Shown one piece after another: positions 49,521 to 60,166 of a stretch of DNA of 64,000 nucleotides; the first letter of the stretch is position 1, and every line of letters starts with the position of its first letter. A program made the position numbers and the translations under genes. Origin of the DNA: Bacillota bacterium (GTDB lineage: Bacteria > Bacillota > Clostridia > Christensenellales > UBA1431); contig JBMOLJ010000056.1 of assembly GCA_049324235.1 (NCBI GenBank), positions 9,229-73,228 on the forward strand, written 5' to 3'. Below the pieces are notes generated by a model. It had not been told where the DNA came from, searched no databases, and saw only the letters and a program-made list of their open reading frames with translations.

Positions 49521-49958
49521 TCAGGTTTGGGCATACAAGCTGGTCGGTATATAAAAGCAGTGCTCCCCGATGCGGTTGTGTATCACGCCTGTTTGATTGT
49601 AGGGGAAATAGGACGGACAAACCACCACATACGGGTTCATATACCACAGGCTGTCATCGACCCCCTGGAGAATGTTCCCAGATAGGGCCCAGTCCGCTAT
49701 ATCATAGTGTATCTGCTCCGGCGGATTGCTCCACACCGTCTGCGGATTCGGCTCCCCGCCGACCTCGGTCATATAGCACGTGAACTGGTAGGGCTGTTCC
49801 ATGACCCTGCGCAGATTCCCCTGCCCCGTCCGTAAATACTCGCCGTATGATACGTTTACCCTGTTCATGATGACGGAAGCCACAGCCTTCATTCCGTTTT
49901 CCCCTTCACCCCCTGCCTCACATTTGATCATCCGCGCAAAAAGTTCCCTTGAATCCAT
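49521..49958 (-). CDS. cwlJ: Spore cortex-lytic enzyme CwlJ-like (SleB/CwlJ Hydrolase_2 domain, no PG-binding domain)
   Basis: ARMIKCEAGGEGENGMKAVASVIMNRV...QPYQF. About 145 aa. Immediately upstream of the gerQ paralogues. Confidence 0.82.
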   Translation of the reverse strand: MDSRELFARMIKCEAGGEGENGMKAVASVIMNRVNVSYGEYLRTGQGNLRRVMEQPYQFTCYMTEVGGEPNPQTVWSNPPEQIHYDIADWALSGNILQGVDDSLWYMNPYVVVCPSYFPYNQTGVIHNRIGEHCFYIPTSLYAQT

Positions 49959-50265
49959 GTGCAACCACCCTTAAAATTTATCCGCTTATCAACAGCATCC
50001 AGCCTTCCTGCTTTTTCATTATATGAACAACGCCTGAAATAATTGTTAATGAAACGCGGATAAAGCCTTCCCATAGCACCGGCTTTATGATGTATCTGCC
50101 AGCAACTGTCTCAGATATATATTTTAGAGCGTAAATATTATCCAGAATTCAAATAAAAACGGCGTATCTAGAATAATTTGGCGCGGTTTTTCAACACGTA
50201 TTTGTAAAAAATATATTTACGAATAATCTGCTTTTAAGCGATGCCGGAGAAAGGAGGACATTTTA

Positions 50266-50478
50266 ATGGCTTCAAAAAACCGCAAGTACGGCCCTGACCA
50301 TCCGTGGACAAAGTTCAAGATGGAATGCGCCAATGAAATCGGCCATCTGCAGTTTGTCAAGGAAAACAATGATCAATACAAAGGCGATCTGCCAAGCAAG
50401 GTAAACGGCTATCAGGGCGGCCCGATCGGCGGCCAGATGGTCAAGCGCATGATCTCGAACGCGGAAAACAATCTTTAA
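50266..50478 (+). CDS. Alpha/beta-type small acid-soluble spore protein
   Basis: KFKMECANEIG...GGPIGGQMVKRMI. AAAGGAGG RBS. Confidence 0.85.
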   Translation: MASKNRKYGPDHPWTKFKMECANEIGHLQFVKENNDQYKGDLPSKVNGYQGGPIGGQMVKRMISNAENNL

Positions 50479-50665
50479 TCAAACAGGGGGAAGATTCCTG
50501 CTTAGCGGGAATCTTTCTTATGGTTTACAAATCACGCTATGTGTGGGAGCGCATGGTTTGCATGTCAGGCATTACCGGACAAAAATACAGATAAAAAGGG
50601 CAAAATAATAATCAAGCAGTAACTGGTGTTCAGTTTATTTTGCTTGGGCAAAGGAGGTTGCAACG

Positions 50666-50830
50666 ATGTCAAGGCGTGGCGTAATGTCGGAAGCTTTGAA
50701 ACAGGAAATCGCCCGCAAATTGGGCGTAGACGACCAGGTTCGCCGTGACGGATGGGGTTCCGTGGCGTCGAGGGACTGCGGCCGGATGGTCCGTTCAGCC
50801 ATAGAAATCGCGGAACAATCGCTGCAATAG
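50666..50830 (+). CDS. Alpha/beta-type SASP-like small protein (54 aa; below ORF-track cutoff)
   Basis: Own translation: MSRRGVMSEALKQEIARKLGVDDQVRRDGWGSVASRDCGRMVRSAIEIAEQSLQ. AAAGGAGG lies 8 nt upstream and a terminator lies downstream. Confidence 0.7.
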   Translation: MSRRGVMSEALKQEIARKLGVDDQVRRDGWGSVASRDCGRMVRSAIEIAEQSLQ

Positions 50831-50876
50831 CGCGGTGGTTCGACAGCCGTAACGGGAAATACGCCTTTGCTTGGAA

Positions 50877-50910
50877 CGGGGGCTGTCCGAATGGGACGGC
50901 TCCCGTTTTA
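50877..50910 (+). terminator. Terminator after the second SASP gene
   Basis: CGGGGGCTGTCC-gaat-GGGACGGCTCCCG followed by TTTTATATAAA. Confidence 0.75.
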
Positions 50911-50970
50911 TATAAAGTTGGATTTTGGCCGCATGGTAAAAGAATACAAAAACCGCCACAACCGCAACCG

Positions 50971-51660
50971 TCAGGGATTTTCCTGCCTCGTTCCTCGCAC
51001 CAGGCGGTATGCCGCCAGGCCGGTTACCAAAGCGAGCGCGCCCAATACCGCTATGATCGCGCCGGTCTCCATATGCAGTTTTTCGCTGGCGATCTCGTAG
51101 CTGCCTATGAAGCCGAAAAGAATAAAAGCAACGGCTGAAACAAGCTTAATCGTCCGCTCGGGAATCTTCCTGCACATCACGACTCCGATGATAATACCTA
51201 TGCCGTCAGCAATCAGCATGCCGGTCGTGGTTCCAATCAAAACGCCAGCAGGGGTCTGCGCAAATTTCGCGGAAAGCGCAATCGTGGCAAGCTGCGTTTT
51301 ATCGCCCATCTCGGCCAGGAAAAAAGCCAGGGTCACCGTGGCAACCGCGCCGAACCTGGTCGTCCTGTTTTCCTCGCCCTCAAGCTTGTCCCCCCGTATC
51401 GTCCATAATCCGAACAGCACAAACGATAAGGAAGCGATTCCCTGTATCCATATCTGCGCCGATTCAAAGCCTGCAATAAAGCTCCCGACGGCGACGGCAA
51501 GCGCATGGTTAAAGACCGTTGCCAGAAATACGCCTATCAGCACTTTGGACGCCTTATACCGGGTGGCAAAAGCCATAGCCAGAAGCTGCGTCTTATCGCC
51601 CATCTCAGCGAGTACAACGGTACCTAACGAGAACAAAAAAGCGGTGATATCGGCATGCAT
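50971..51660 (-). CDS. GDT1/TMEM165 (UPF0016) family cation (Mn2+/Ca2+) transporter
   Basis: Duplicated E-x-G-D-K-T motifs (LAEMGDKTQLLAMA and LAEMGDKTQLATIA). ATG at 51660 is 9 nt after GGGAGG. Confidence 0.88.
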   Translation of the reverse strand: MHADITAFLFSLGTVVLAEMGDKTQLLAMAFATRYKASKVLIGVFLATVFNHALAVAVGSFIAGFESAQIWIQGIASLSFVLFGLWTIRGDKLEGEENRTTRFGAVATVTLAFFLAEMGDKTQLATIALSAKFAQTPAGVLIGTTTGMLIADGIGIIIGVVMCRKIPERTIKLVSAVAFILFGFIGSYEIASEKLHMETGAIIAVLGALALVTGLAAYRLVRGTRQENP

Positions 51661-51684
51661 GTCCAACATCCTCCCTGATAACAA

Positions 51685-51815
51685 ATAAAGACTTTTAACA
51701 TAATCAACCAGGGATTATGTTAAAAGTCTCGTTTCCGCCAGCGGTTACAAGGCCAGGCGGAACCCCGCCAGTATGTTGACCTTATAAAAATAACTACTCC
51801 CTCTTAACGGAAAAA
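51685..51815 (-). promoter_or_regulatory. yybP-ykoY (Mn2+) riboswitch with terminator expression platform
   Basis: The minus strand reads ...AAGAGGGAGUAGUU...AAGGUCAACAUACUGGCGGGG...GGCGGAAACGAGACUUUUAACAUAAUC...GAUUAUGUUAAAAGUCUUUAUUUG. This carries the conserved GGAGUAG, GUCAACAUAC and GAGAC blocks. The terminator 5' arm overlaps the 3' end of the aptamer. Confidence 0.8.
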
Positions 51816-51977
51816 TAATATAACAAACGCCACAATCTGTCAATCCTTATTCATCAACTCTGGGCGGCTCCGCCAAACATGAACCTATCGGTTTTTCGGC
51901 ATACCGATTGTCCGGTTTAAATAATCTTTTGCTAAGAAGGAATCCGCATTCATTTCTCAGCGATAAGGGGGCTGAAC

Positions 51978-52361
51978 ATGAAAAAATCAAAAATTTCCAC
52001 TTTATTGGTCCTGCTTTTAATATTAATTGGCTTATCGATCCTTCATAAAAAAGGTTTCTAGGGCATGTTTTCGGAATTATCGCTGAATTATACGCAGAAT
52101 ATGGGATATACAACGATTTTCTGGTCGTTCGAATATACGGACTGGATGGCAAACAACCAGCCGTCGGAGCAAAAAGCATTTTCCACCATCATGAAGGGGA
52201 CACATCCCGGGGAGATCGTTCTGCTTCATTGCCAGTCGGACACAAACATCAAGGTTCTGGACCGGGTGCTCACCGCGTGGGAGGAACAGGGGTATACATT
52301 CAGAAGCCTGGATCACCTTACCGGCAAAAGCGTTTACCTGCCGGGGATTTTTAATTATTAG
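51978..52361 (+). pseudogene. Polysaccharide deacetylase (NodB/PdaA-like) remnant: signal/TM segment + in-frame TAG + C-terminal third only
   Basis: MKKSKISTLLVLLLILIGLSILHKKGF, TAG at 52059-52061, then in the same frame GMFSELSLNYTQNMGYTTIFWSFEYTDW...GEIVLLHCQS...GYTFRSL. The catalytic N-terminal NodB motifs are absent. Confidence 0.75.
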
Positions 52362-52478
52362 AAATCTAATTAAATACTTCAACCCTGGCGCTCAGTCGTA
52401 AGATTAAATCTTGACGTGCAACTGGTTTTTTCTCAGTTCTTATTATATAAACACAAAAAACCGCAGAACAAAATTAAT

Positions 52479-52545
52479 CGCTAAAGCCACAGGGCTTTGC
52501 GGGGAAAAGGAGGAGCAACGGAGCGCATACGAAAAAACCGGTTCT
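52479..52545 (+). repeat. Short copy (C) of the hairpin-rich intergenic repeat family
   Basis: CGCTAAAGCCACAGGGCTTTGCGGGGAAAAGGAGGAGCAACGGAGCG... aligns by eye with parts of copies A (60860-60940) and B (62830-62855). It abuts the IS left end. Confidence 0.6.
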
Positions 52546-52553
52546 AAAATAAA

Positions 52554-53905
52554 TGTTGGGGTGAGGGAAAAAAGCAGAGCATTTTATCTGTACATCTTGT
52601 AAAGTGTAATTGACCAAAATAAACACGCAAGATGGTGAACAGAAAAATGCTCCAAACTGATTTTACTAAAGAACTGCTGGATTTAAAAGAGGTGGAGATA
52701 ACAAATCTGCAAGTATTTGATAACCTCATAAAACTGCAGATGGAATATCCCCAACGTGCCCATCCATGTCCTGCGTGCGGATACGTGACCTCCATCGTAC
52801 ATGACTACCGCATCCAACGGGTAAAAGACACCCCTGTTCAGGGCAAAGCCATGTTGATTGATTATCGAAAACGGCGTTACCGATGCCTGTCCTGCGGCAA
52901 AAGGTTTTTCGAAAAGCAACCGCTTGTACCCAGATACCACAGACTAACCAGCCGGTTTGCATATTATTTACTGACGCTTATGAAAGAGAAACGTTCAATG
53001 AAGGATATTGCCAGGAGCAACCATGTCTCTGCCACAAAAATGATGAATATGTTGAACCTGTACGGTTTCGACAAACCAAAATCTCTGCCGTCAGTGCTTT
53101 CCATCGACGAATTCAGGGGTAATACAGGAAATAAAAAGTTTCAATGCATACTTACTGATCCGGTTCATAAACGCATTGTGGACATACTCCCTGGACGCGA
53201 AGCCCATGAAATTACCGGCTTTCTAAGACAGTATACCGACAGAAGCAGGGTAAGGTTCGTCGTTATGGATATGAACAAGGCTTATCTGCGTATAGCTAAG
53301 GCGTTCTTTCCCGAAGCCAAGGTCATCATCGACCGTTTCCATGTGGCAAGATACAATACCTGGGCCTTTGAAAACGTGCGCCGGCGGGAACAAGGCAAAT
53401 TAGACCCGTCGCTGCGCAAATACTTCAAGCGAAGCCGCAAGCTGCTTCTTAGACGCATGTCTTCCTTATCGGAAGATGACAAACAGGCTGTGAATGTGAT
53501 GCTTAACTTAGCTACGGGGCTTACGGACGCATATCTGTTGAAGGAAAAATTCCATTGGTTCATGGATGCAAAAAACTCAGCTGAAGCCGATACACGCTTA
53601 AAAGAATTCTTGATTCTGCCCAACTTTCTCGCAGTACCCGAATACGGGCCATGTGTACGCATGCTTTCAAATTGGAAAGAATACATCCTCAATGCGTTCG
53701 ACCATCCTTATTCCAACGGCTATACGGAAGGCGTGAATAACAAGATCAAGGTCTTGAAACGCGTTGCTTTCGGTTTTAGAAATTTTGAGAACTTCAGAAA
53801 AAGGATATTTCTTGCATCCGCTGATGCACAAGCAGGATAACCGGCGCACCGGTTATCCTGCTTGTGCATTTATTAAATTACACTTTAACTTCCCTGACCC
53901 CAACA
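52554..53905 (+). mobile_element. ISL3-family insertion sequence (~1.35 kb)
   Basis: Terminal inverted repeats TGTTGGGGTGAGGGAA (52554-52569) and TTCCCTGACCCCAACA (53890-53905) match at 15/16 positions. A subterminal AAAGTGTAATT occurs at both ends. Single transposase ORF. Confidence 0.85.
52632..53840 (+). CDS. ISL3-family transposase
   Basis: Zinc finger HPCPACG...YRCLSCGKRFFE, DDE_Tnp_ISL3-like core, and C-terminal YSNGYTEGVNNKIKVLKRVAFGFRNFENFRKRI. Confidence 0.9.
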   Translation: MVNRKMLQTDFTKELLDLKEVEITNLQVFDNLIKLQMEYPQRAHPCPACGYVTSIVHDYRIQRVKDTPVQGKAMLIDYRKRRYRCLSCGKRFFEKQPLVPRYHRLTSRFAYYLLTLMKEKRSMKDIARSNHVSATKMMNMLNLYGFDKPKSLPSVLSIDEFRGNTGNKKFQCILTDPVHKRIVDILPGREAHEITGFLRQYTDRSRVRFVVMDMNKAYLRIAKAFFPEAKVIIDRFHVARYNTWAFENVRRREQGKLDPSLRKYFKRSRKLLLRRMSSLSEDDKQAVNVMLNLATGLTDAYLLKEKFHWFMDAKNSAEADTRLKEFLILPNFLAVPEYGPCVRMLSNWKEYILNAFDHPYSNGYTEGVNNKIKVLKRVAFGFRNFENFRKRIFLASADAQAG

Positions 53906-53920
53906 ATTGACTTTGAACCA

Positions 53921-53955
53921 AAAAACCCTGACTCGCAAAGCGATCAGGGTTTTTG
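53921..53955. terminator. Bidirectional terminator between the IS right end and tRNA-Val
   Basis: AAAAACCCTGA-ctcgcaaagcga-TCAGGGTTTTT. Confidence 0.8.
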
Positions 53956-53979
53956 AGTGGAGCGCAGTTTGCTCCGACG

Positions 53980-54056
53980 TGGTGGGGTTAATTGGGCTCG
54001 AACCAACGACCTCTACGATGTCAACGTAGCGCTCTGACCAGCTGAGCTATAACCCC
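53980..54056 (-). tRNA. tRNA-Val (anticodon GAC), CCA encoded
   Basis: Hand fold: GGGGTTA/TAACCCC acceptor, GCTC/GAGC D-stem, CTACG-TTGACAT-CGTAG anticodon arm, GTTGG-TTCGAGC-CCAAT T-arm, then ACCA. Confidence 0.92.
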
Positions 54057-54156
54057 AGGCACAAAATTAATTATACCGCAAAACCGGCAAATTGCAAGCC
54101 ATTTTTGCTCTGCAAAGCGCACATATGGTATAATAACTGTACTGGGAGGGAGCTAA

Positions 54157-54684
54157 ATGGCGCATTCCGATCTGAACACGGCAAAACTGTGCGTGCTGTC
54201 AGCGCTTGAGCGCGCAAACGTCGCGCTGACACGGCAGCAGCTCGAAGAAATCCTTCTCGGGCATCTGCGGCTGCATTTTTTCGATGTCTCGCTCGCCGTC
54301 GCGCACCTGATCGCCTCCGGCCTCATCCAGGAACAGGAAACCGCGGCCGGACACGCGCTGCGTCTGCTTCCCGCGGGAAAGGATGTCCTTGAAAGCCTTG
54401 AAGCCACCCTGCCCGCGCGCCTGCAGCGCCGGTTGGAAGCGTACATGCAGGACCACGGCGAACAGCTCAGGCTTCGCGCGCAGACGGGCGCGGACTACCG
54501 CTGCATCGCGCACAGCCAGTACCTCGCTGAGCTGTGGATGACCGAGGGCACCATCGAGATCCTGCGCATCCGGCTCAATGTCCCGACCGCGGACGAAGCG
54601 CGCGCCTTATGCCAGCAATGGCAAACGCAGGCGCCCGCTTTATACGCACATATCCTGACTTCGCTCCTGCCGCCTGCCGATTAA
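54157..54684 (+). CDS. DUF4364-family putative transcriptional regulator
   Basis: KLCVLSALERANVALTRQQLEEILL... wHTH-like N-terminus, with a length and C-terminal pattern (A..LC..W...A..LY..IL..L) typical of DUF4364. Recognised from memory. Confidence 0.55.
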   Translation: MAHSDLNTAKLCVLSALERANVALTRQQLEEILLGHLRLHFFDVSLAVAHLIASGLIQEQETAAGHALRLLPAGKDVLESLEATLPARLQRRLEAYMQDHGEQLRLRAQTGADYRCIAHSQYLAELWMTEGTIEILRIRLNVPTADEARALCQQWQTQAPALYAHILTSLLPPAD

Positions 54685-55616
54685 ATTTCGCACAGCGCCA
54701 TGCCGCGCGGCTCTTTTCCCGTTTGTGCGCTGCGCACCATTTTCCCCTGCATATCGAAATGCACGATCTTTTCTTCGAGCATGCAGCTTACCAGCATCCC
54801 TGTTCCTTCGGGCAAAAACAGTACGTCGTCGGGCATGGCGCCCGTTTGCCGCTTCTGTACGACAAAAGTCTCAGGCTCGAGTAAAAACACTTCGCTCTCG
54901 CTCATGTTTACAGCCACCGCAAGCGTATTATCCGGCGAAAGGCGCACGATTCCCGGCATCATGCCCATATCCAGCGCGCGGCTTATTGTTCCTGTCCGCA
55001 CATCCATCCGCACAAGCCTGCCGTTTTTATCCGAATTGTAGGGGAGCAGGGTAATGAGCATGTCCCCGTCCGGCAGTTTTGTTGCGCACATGGGCGCATT
55101 TTGAAGCGGCAGCACGTCGGCCACGTTGAGCGTTTCATCCATGCTCCAGACCGCGGGCCTCGACATGCAGCAAAGCAGAAGCCTGTGATTCGAATTGTCC
55201 ATGGAATACGGAAAACCCGGGAGCTGCACGCACCCCACCGCCGACGGGGTCCCCCTGTCCAGCGCCCACAGGCTTTCGCTTTCGCAGCAGCAGACCAGTA
55301 TGCGGTCGTTGCATATGCAGATATCGGTGGGCGCAGCGCCTACGTAGACGGTCTCCACCCATTCTTTCCTCTTTACGTCCACCACGCCCACACAGTTCGC
55401 ATACGTACACGAAACATACAGGCGGCCGCGCAGAGGGTCCCAGGCAAGCCTTCTTAAACCCAGGCCTTTTATGCCGGACTGTGCGGCAACGTCTATCCTG
55501 CCTATTTCACGAAGCGGTTCCACTTCCCACAAGCCGAGCGTGTCTTCGCCCGCATGCGCGACCCACACATATCTGCTCATTTCCGGTTTATCCCTCGTTT
55601 CATCCCCATGGGCCAT
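54681..55616 (-). CDS. Beta-propeller repeat protein (YVTN/YncE-like), unknown function
   Basis: Repeated ...LYVSC..ANCVGVVD..., ...RILVCC..., ...RLLLCC... blade-like segments. Start trimmed to ATG 55616 (55580 is an alternative). The 404-aa ORF-track form overlaps folC. Confidence 0.55.
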   Translation of the reverse strand: MAHGDETRDKPEMSRYVWVAHAGEDTLGLWEVEPLREIGRIDVAAQSGIKGLGLRRLAWDPLRGRLYVSCTYANCVGVVDVKRKEWVETVYVGAAPTDICICNDRILVCCCESESLWALDRGTPSAVGCVQLPGFPYSMDNSNHRLLLCCMSRPAVWSMDETLNVADVLPLQNAPMCATKLPDGDMLITLLPYNSDKNGRLVRMDVRTGTISRALDMGMMPGIVRLSPDNTLAVAVNMSESEVFLLEPETFVVQKRQTGAMPDDVLFLPEGTGMLVSCMLEEKIVHFDMQGKMVRSAQTGKEPRGMALCEI

Positions 55617-55654
55617 AGTATGCACATACGGCTTGAAAGGGCACCCTGAGCACC

Positions 55655-56940
55655 TTAATGTGTGGCGCCGAAGCTCCGGCGCAGAACGGTGCGGAGCGCG
55701 CCTACCAAATAAAGCGAGCCGGCGCAGACCACCAGCGCATTGTTCATTGCACGCGCCGTGAAAAGGGCATGCTCCGCGTCCTCGCGGATGACCACCCTGG
55801 CGCCCGCCGCGGCAAAATGCTCCGCTGTTTGCGCCGCATCTGTCAGGTGCGGGCAGGAAGTGGCCACGACGCCGCCGTCGAAAACCGGCGCCCATACGCG
55901 CGCCATCGCGGCGATATCCTTATCCTTTGATACGGCGCATACCAGCACCTTGGGCACGCCGGTAAAATACCGCTCCAGAGCCTCTGCAAGGGCCTGCGCC
56001 CCGCCCTCGTTATGCGCGCCGTCGAGCAGTACGCACCCGTTTGCGTCACAGAAAAGCTCCAGCCGTCCGGGCCATTGCATCCGCTTCAGGCCGCGGCGTA
56101 TGGCGTCTTCCCCAATCCCCATGTCCAGGGCGATGCACGCCGCGCTTGCGGCGTTGTCGATTTGATGCCGCCCTAAAAGCGGAATTTCCACGTCCCCAAG
56201 CAGCGCCCCGCCGAATATCAGGTCGAACGCGCGCCGCCGCATGCTGTCTTCCAGCACGGACACGTTGTGGGGTTTCAAGAAATGCGCCCGGCAGCCGGTT
56301 TGCAGGGCGTGGCCGAAAAGCACGTCTTCCACCGGCTGCACCTGCGGATGCACGGCCACGAAAGCGTTTTGCTTGATGATTCCAGCCTTCTCCTTTGCGA
56401 TATCTTCCAGGCGGCTTCCCAGCCGTTGCGTATGGTCATGCGATATGCGGGTGATGGCGATATGCGAAGGGTCTAGCACGTTGGTGGCGTCCCCGCCGCC
56501 TCCCAGACCCGTTTCGATGACGGCCACGTCCACGCCGCTTTCTGCAAACCACAAAAAGGCAGCGGCGGTAATAGCCTCAAACGGCCGGATCGGGCCGTGC
56601 CTGCCTTCAATCCGCTGCGCCGCCCTGCGCACGCTCTCGATAGTATCTATAAGCTCACCGTCGCCGATCGGCATGTGGTCGATCTGCATCCGCTCGTTGA
56701 AGCGTTCCAGATAGGGCGACGTAAAAAGCCCGGTCTTTTTCCCGTGTGCGGTCAGGATGCCGGACAGGAACGCGCAGGTGGAGCCTTTGCCGTTGGTCCC
56801 CGCCACATGCACCGACTGAAAAGCGGCGTGCGGGTCGCCCAGAACGCCAAGGAGCGCCCTGAACCGCTCCTGCGTAGGCTGTATCCCGCCGTTGAGGCCG
56901 TAGATGTATTCGATTGTCTGTGTAAGATTCATGTTCCCGT

Positions 56941-56944
<4 letters not shown>
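55655..56944 (-). CDS. folC: Bifunctional folylpolyglutamate synthase / dihydrofolate synthase
   Basis: VAGTNGKGST P-loop, Mur-ligase middle and C-terminal domains. Follows valS as in many Firmicutes. Confidence 0.92.
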
Positions 56945-59574
<2,630 letters not shown>

Positions 59575-59672
59575 TGTCAAACCTCCAACCAAACGATTTA
59601 TAATTGAACTTAAAATAAACAAAGCGTCCGCAGGAAATCCGTCGGCAAACGCAGGAGGGGTTTGCCGGCGGC

Positions 59673-59885
59673 CTAGAAACGCACAATCTCGGTAACCAGC
59701 ACGGTACCCGCTATCGCGGCGGCCATGGCCGCCAATTTGACACGGAACACCACGTCCAGCGTTTTCTCCTCATCATAGCCTTTGCGTGCGCACCAGCGGC
59801 GTACGCCAAACGCCGCTGCCGCCGCCGAAAGCAGCAAGACGATCCCGATAACGCCCGAAACGCTCATATTGGCAAGCCCCTGCAT
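59673..59885 (-). CDS. Small two-TM membrane protein (70 aa) between the T-box terminator and valS
   Basis: MQGLANMSVSGVIGIVLLLSAAAAAFGV...KLAAMAAAIAGTVLVTEIV. GGGAGG 8 nt upstream of the ATG. Located directly after the T-box terminator. Confidence 0.55.
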   Translation of the reverse strand: MQGLANMSVSGVIGIVLLLSAAAAAFGVRRWCARKGYDEEKTLDVVFRVKLAAMAAAIAGTVLVTEIVRF

Positions 59886-59899
59886 GCCTCCATCCTCCC

Positions 59900-60150
59900 T
59901 GCATAAAAAACCGCTTCCCTCCCGTTAAGGACGAAAGCGGATCGTTTTCGTGGTACCACCTTAGTTCAGACGCGTTAAGCGCCCCTCTTTCACGCGATAA
60001 CGGCCGTTCCGCCGCCCGTAAAACGGGGCCTTTGCAGGGGCTTCCTGCATCGGATGCGACCCTTCCGCGTCCGTTGCACCCCGGGCTGCTTTCAGCCTGA
60101 CAGGCAGCCCTCTCTTTTCAAACGGGCAACAAAAACGCGTACTTCCTCAT
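59900..60150 (-). promoter_or_regulatory. T-box riboswitch leader (tRNA-sensing antiterminator)
   Basis: The minus strand carries GAAAAGAGAGGG (AGAGA box), GGGUGCAA distal motif and T-box AACUAAGGUGGUACCACG (59950-59967). The terminator CCGCUUUCGUCCUUAACGGGAGGGAAGCGG is followed by UUUUUUAU (59906-59949). Confidence 0.85.
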
Positions 60151-60166
60151 CCAGAAGGCTTACTAT

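Noticed and set aside
52059-52061. In-frame TAG in the deacetylase remnant as possible pyrrolysine or programmed readthrough.
   Set aside because: No pyl genes or methyltransferase context are present. The reading frame lacks the whole catalytic core even if read through, so simple pseudogenisation is the economical explanation.
51847-52179. 110-aa minus-strand ORF opposite the deacetylase remnant.
   Set aside because: It has no recognisable motifs or RBS, and it overlaps a plus-strand remnant with clear NodB homology.
54681-54684. Convergent genes whose stop codons share the palindrome TTAA.
   Set aside because: This is a trivial consequence of TAA/TTA complementarity, with no regulatory implication that can be supported.
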